Under the pieces are notes generated by a model. That model was given only the letters and a program-made list of their open reading frames with translations, was not told where the DNA came from and made no database searches. DNA of 64,000 nt, taken from the NCBI GenBank assembly GCA_013334825.1, contig JAAXWR010000003.1, positions 37,167-101,166 of the forward strand. The letters are read 5' to 3'. Source of the stretch: Candidatus Yonathbacteria bacterium. Lineage in GTDB: Bacteria; Patescibacteriota; Minisyncoccia; Phycocordibacterales; JACNGX01. The position numbers were made by a program, and so were the translations under genes. Shown piece by piece: positions 63,346 through 64,000 of the stretch. Every line of letters begins with the position of its first letter. The stretch's first letter is position 1.

Positions 63346-63830
63346 GATTCGAGTACGTTATTACTGGTCTCCTGGGTGTATCTTGGATTTTTATTTTTGT
63401 AAAAAAATATTTTTCCCAAAGGAAACTATCTTCTGCTCCTGCTTCCGCTCCTGCACAACAGCCCCAGAGCACAAATCCTCCCCGCTGGCAGTTTTGGCGG
63501 GGATGGCGTTTGACGAATGGGCACATGAGAGGCGCGTGGGTAAGGAGTAGAGTGCGAATACGCGAAAGCGCACTCAACCTCTTTACCATCAGTATCATAG
63601 TGTGGTGTGTTTGGGAACTTTTTCCTGGCACACGTCATTTATATGCTGGGCGTCAAGGGTTTATCCTGGGGACACTCCTCGTTCTCATCGGACTTCTCGG
63701 AGTCGGATGGTTTCGGGGCGCATACGGGCAAGTGATGTGCCCGAAGAATTATTTGTTCCCAGTACTTTTTGTGCTGGCGATAATTCTTCTTGTTCTTTAT
63801 ATCCTTCCAAGGATTCAAGGTGGGACGTGA
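63342..63830 (+). CDS. small membrane protein, hypothetical
   Basis: 162-aa ORF overlapping the previous stop (ATGA); 3-4 TM helices. Confidence 0.45.
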   Translation: MRFEYVITGLLGVSWIFIFVKKYFSQRKLSSAPASAPAQQPQSTNPPRWQFWRGWRLTNGHMRGAWVRSRVRIRESALNLFTISIIVWCVWELFPGTRHLYAGRQGFILGTLLVLIGLLGVGWFRGAYGQVMCPKNYLFPVLFVLAIILLVLYILPRIQGGT

Positions 63831-64000
63831 GTCCCGCCTTTTTGTTATGTCGAGACGGACAAACTCTATGTATTCACCAACAAAGATACAACAGAGAACC
63901 GCCCTTCTCTTTTCTGAAACTCAAAAGCTGTTTCATTAGTTGTTCTACGAACCAAGAACTACGAACTAAGAACTGCCTTTCGTTTCTCGTTCTTCGAACT

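Noticed and set aside
1-64000. CRISPR arrays, transposases, integrases
   Set aside because: Tandem repeats present (heptads, octamers, intragenic modules) lack the regular repeat-spacer architecture of CRISPR, and no cas, transposase or integrase-like ORF was found

Overview
This 64 kb chromosomal window spans the replication origin of a small-genome bacterium. The gene content tentatively suggests a Patescibacteria/CPR-like lineage, but that is inference only.

The core is a divergent dnaA-dnaN (minus strand) and rpmH-rnpA-yidD-yidC-jag (plus strand) arrangement, with DnaA-box clusters on both sides of dnaA. Housekeeping genes around it include murE (partial), a SpoU methyltransferase, tRNA-Lys, holA, polA, tsaE, ruvB, yebC, ruvC, tyrS, PBP1A, rsmA, a dCMP deaminase, uvrD/pcrA and a ClpB-like ATPase.

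Accessory content:
- A 12 kb minus-strand gene cluster encodes a Gram-positive-type type IV secretion-like apparatus: a VirB6/TrbL-like polytopic protein, a PrgI/VirB3-like protein, and a VirB4 ATPase split into two ORFs. Secreted and lipoprotein partners accompany it. No relaxase or coupling protein lies within about 10 kb on either side of the core.
- Type IV pilus genes are present: a PilB ATPase and a pilin with a LamG-like domain.
- A 2488-aa membrane-anchored giant protein carries tail-fibre-like 'GIGTTSP' repeats and near-identical internal DNA repeats.
- An 839-aa surface protein combines a Y/D/S-rich region, Fn3-like repeats and a DUF11-like domain.
- A small island encodes a chorismate-mutase::methyltransferase fusion, a BtpA-family protein and a TrpD-family protein.

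Non-coding signals:
- A recurrent extended -10 motif (TGnTATACT) sits 6-13 nt upstream of several start codons, implying leaderless or near-leaderless transcripts.
- Tandem GCGAGTT heptad arrays lie beside the starts of four minus-strand genes.
- Dispersed intergenic repeat families occur throughout.
- A highly structured region downstream of tRNA-Lys contains duplicated tRNA 3'-end segments.
- A 1.47 kb gene-free stretch contains a GC-rich structured segment that may be a small RNA.

No CRISPR array, transposase or integrase was seen.
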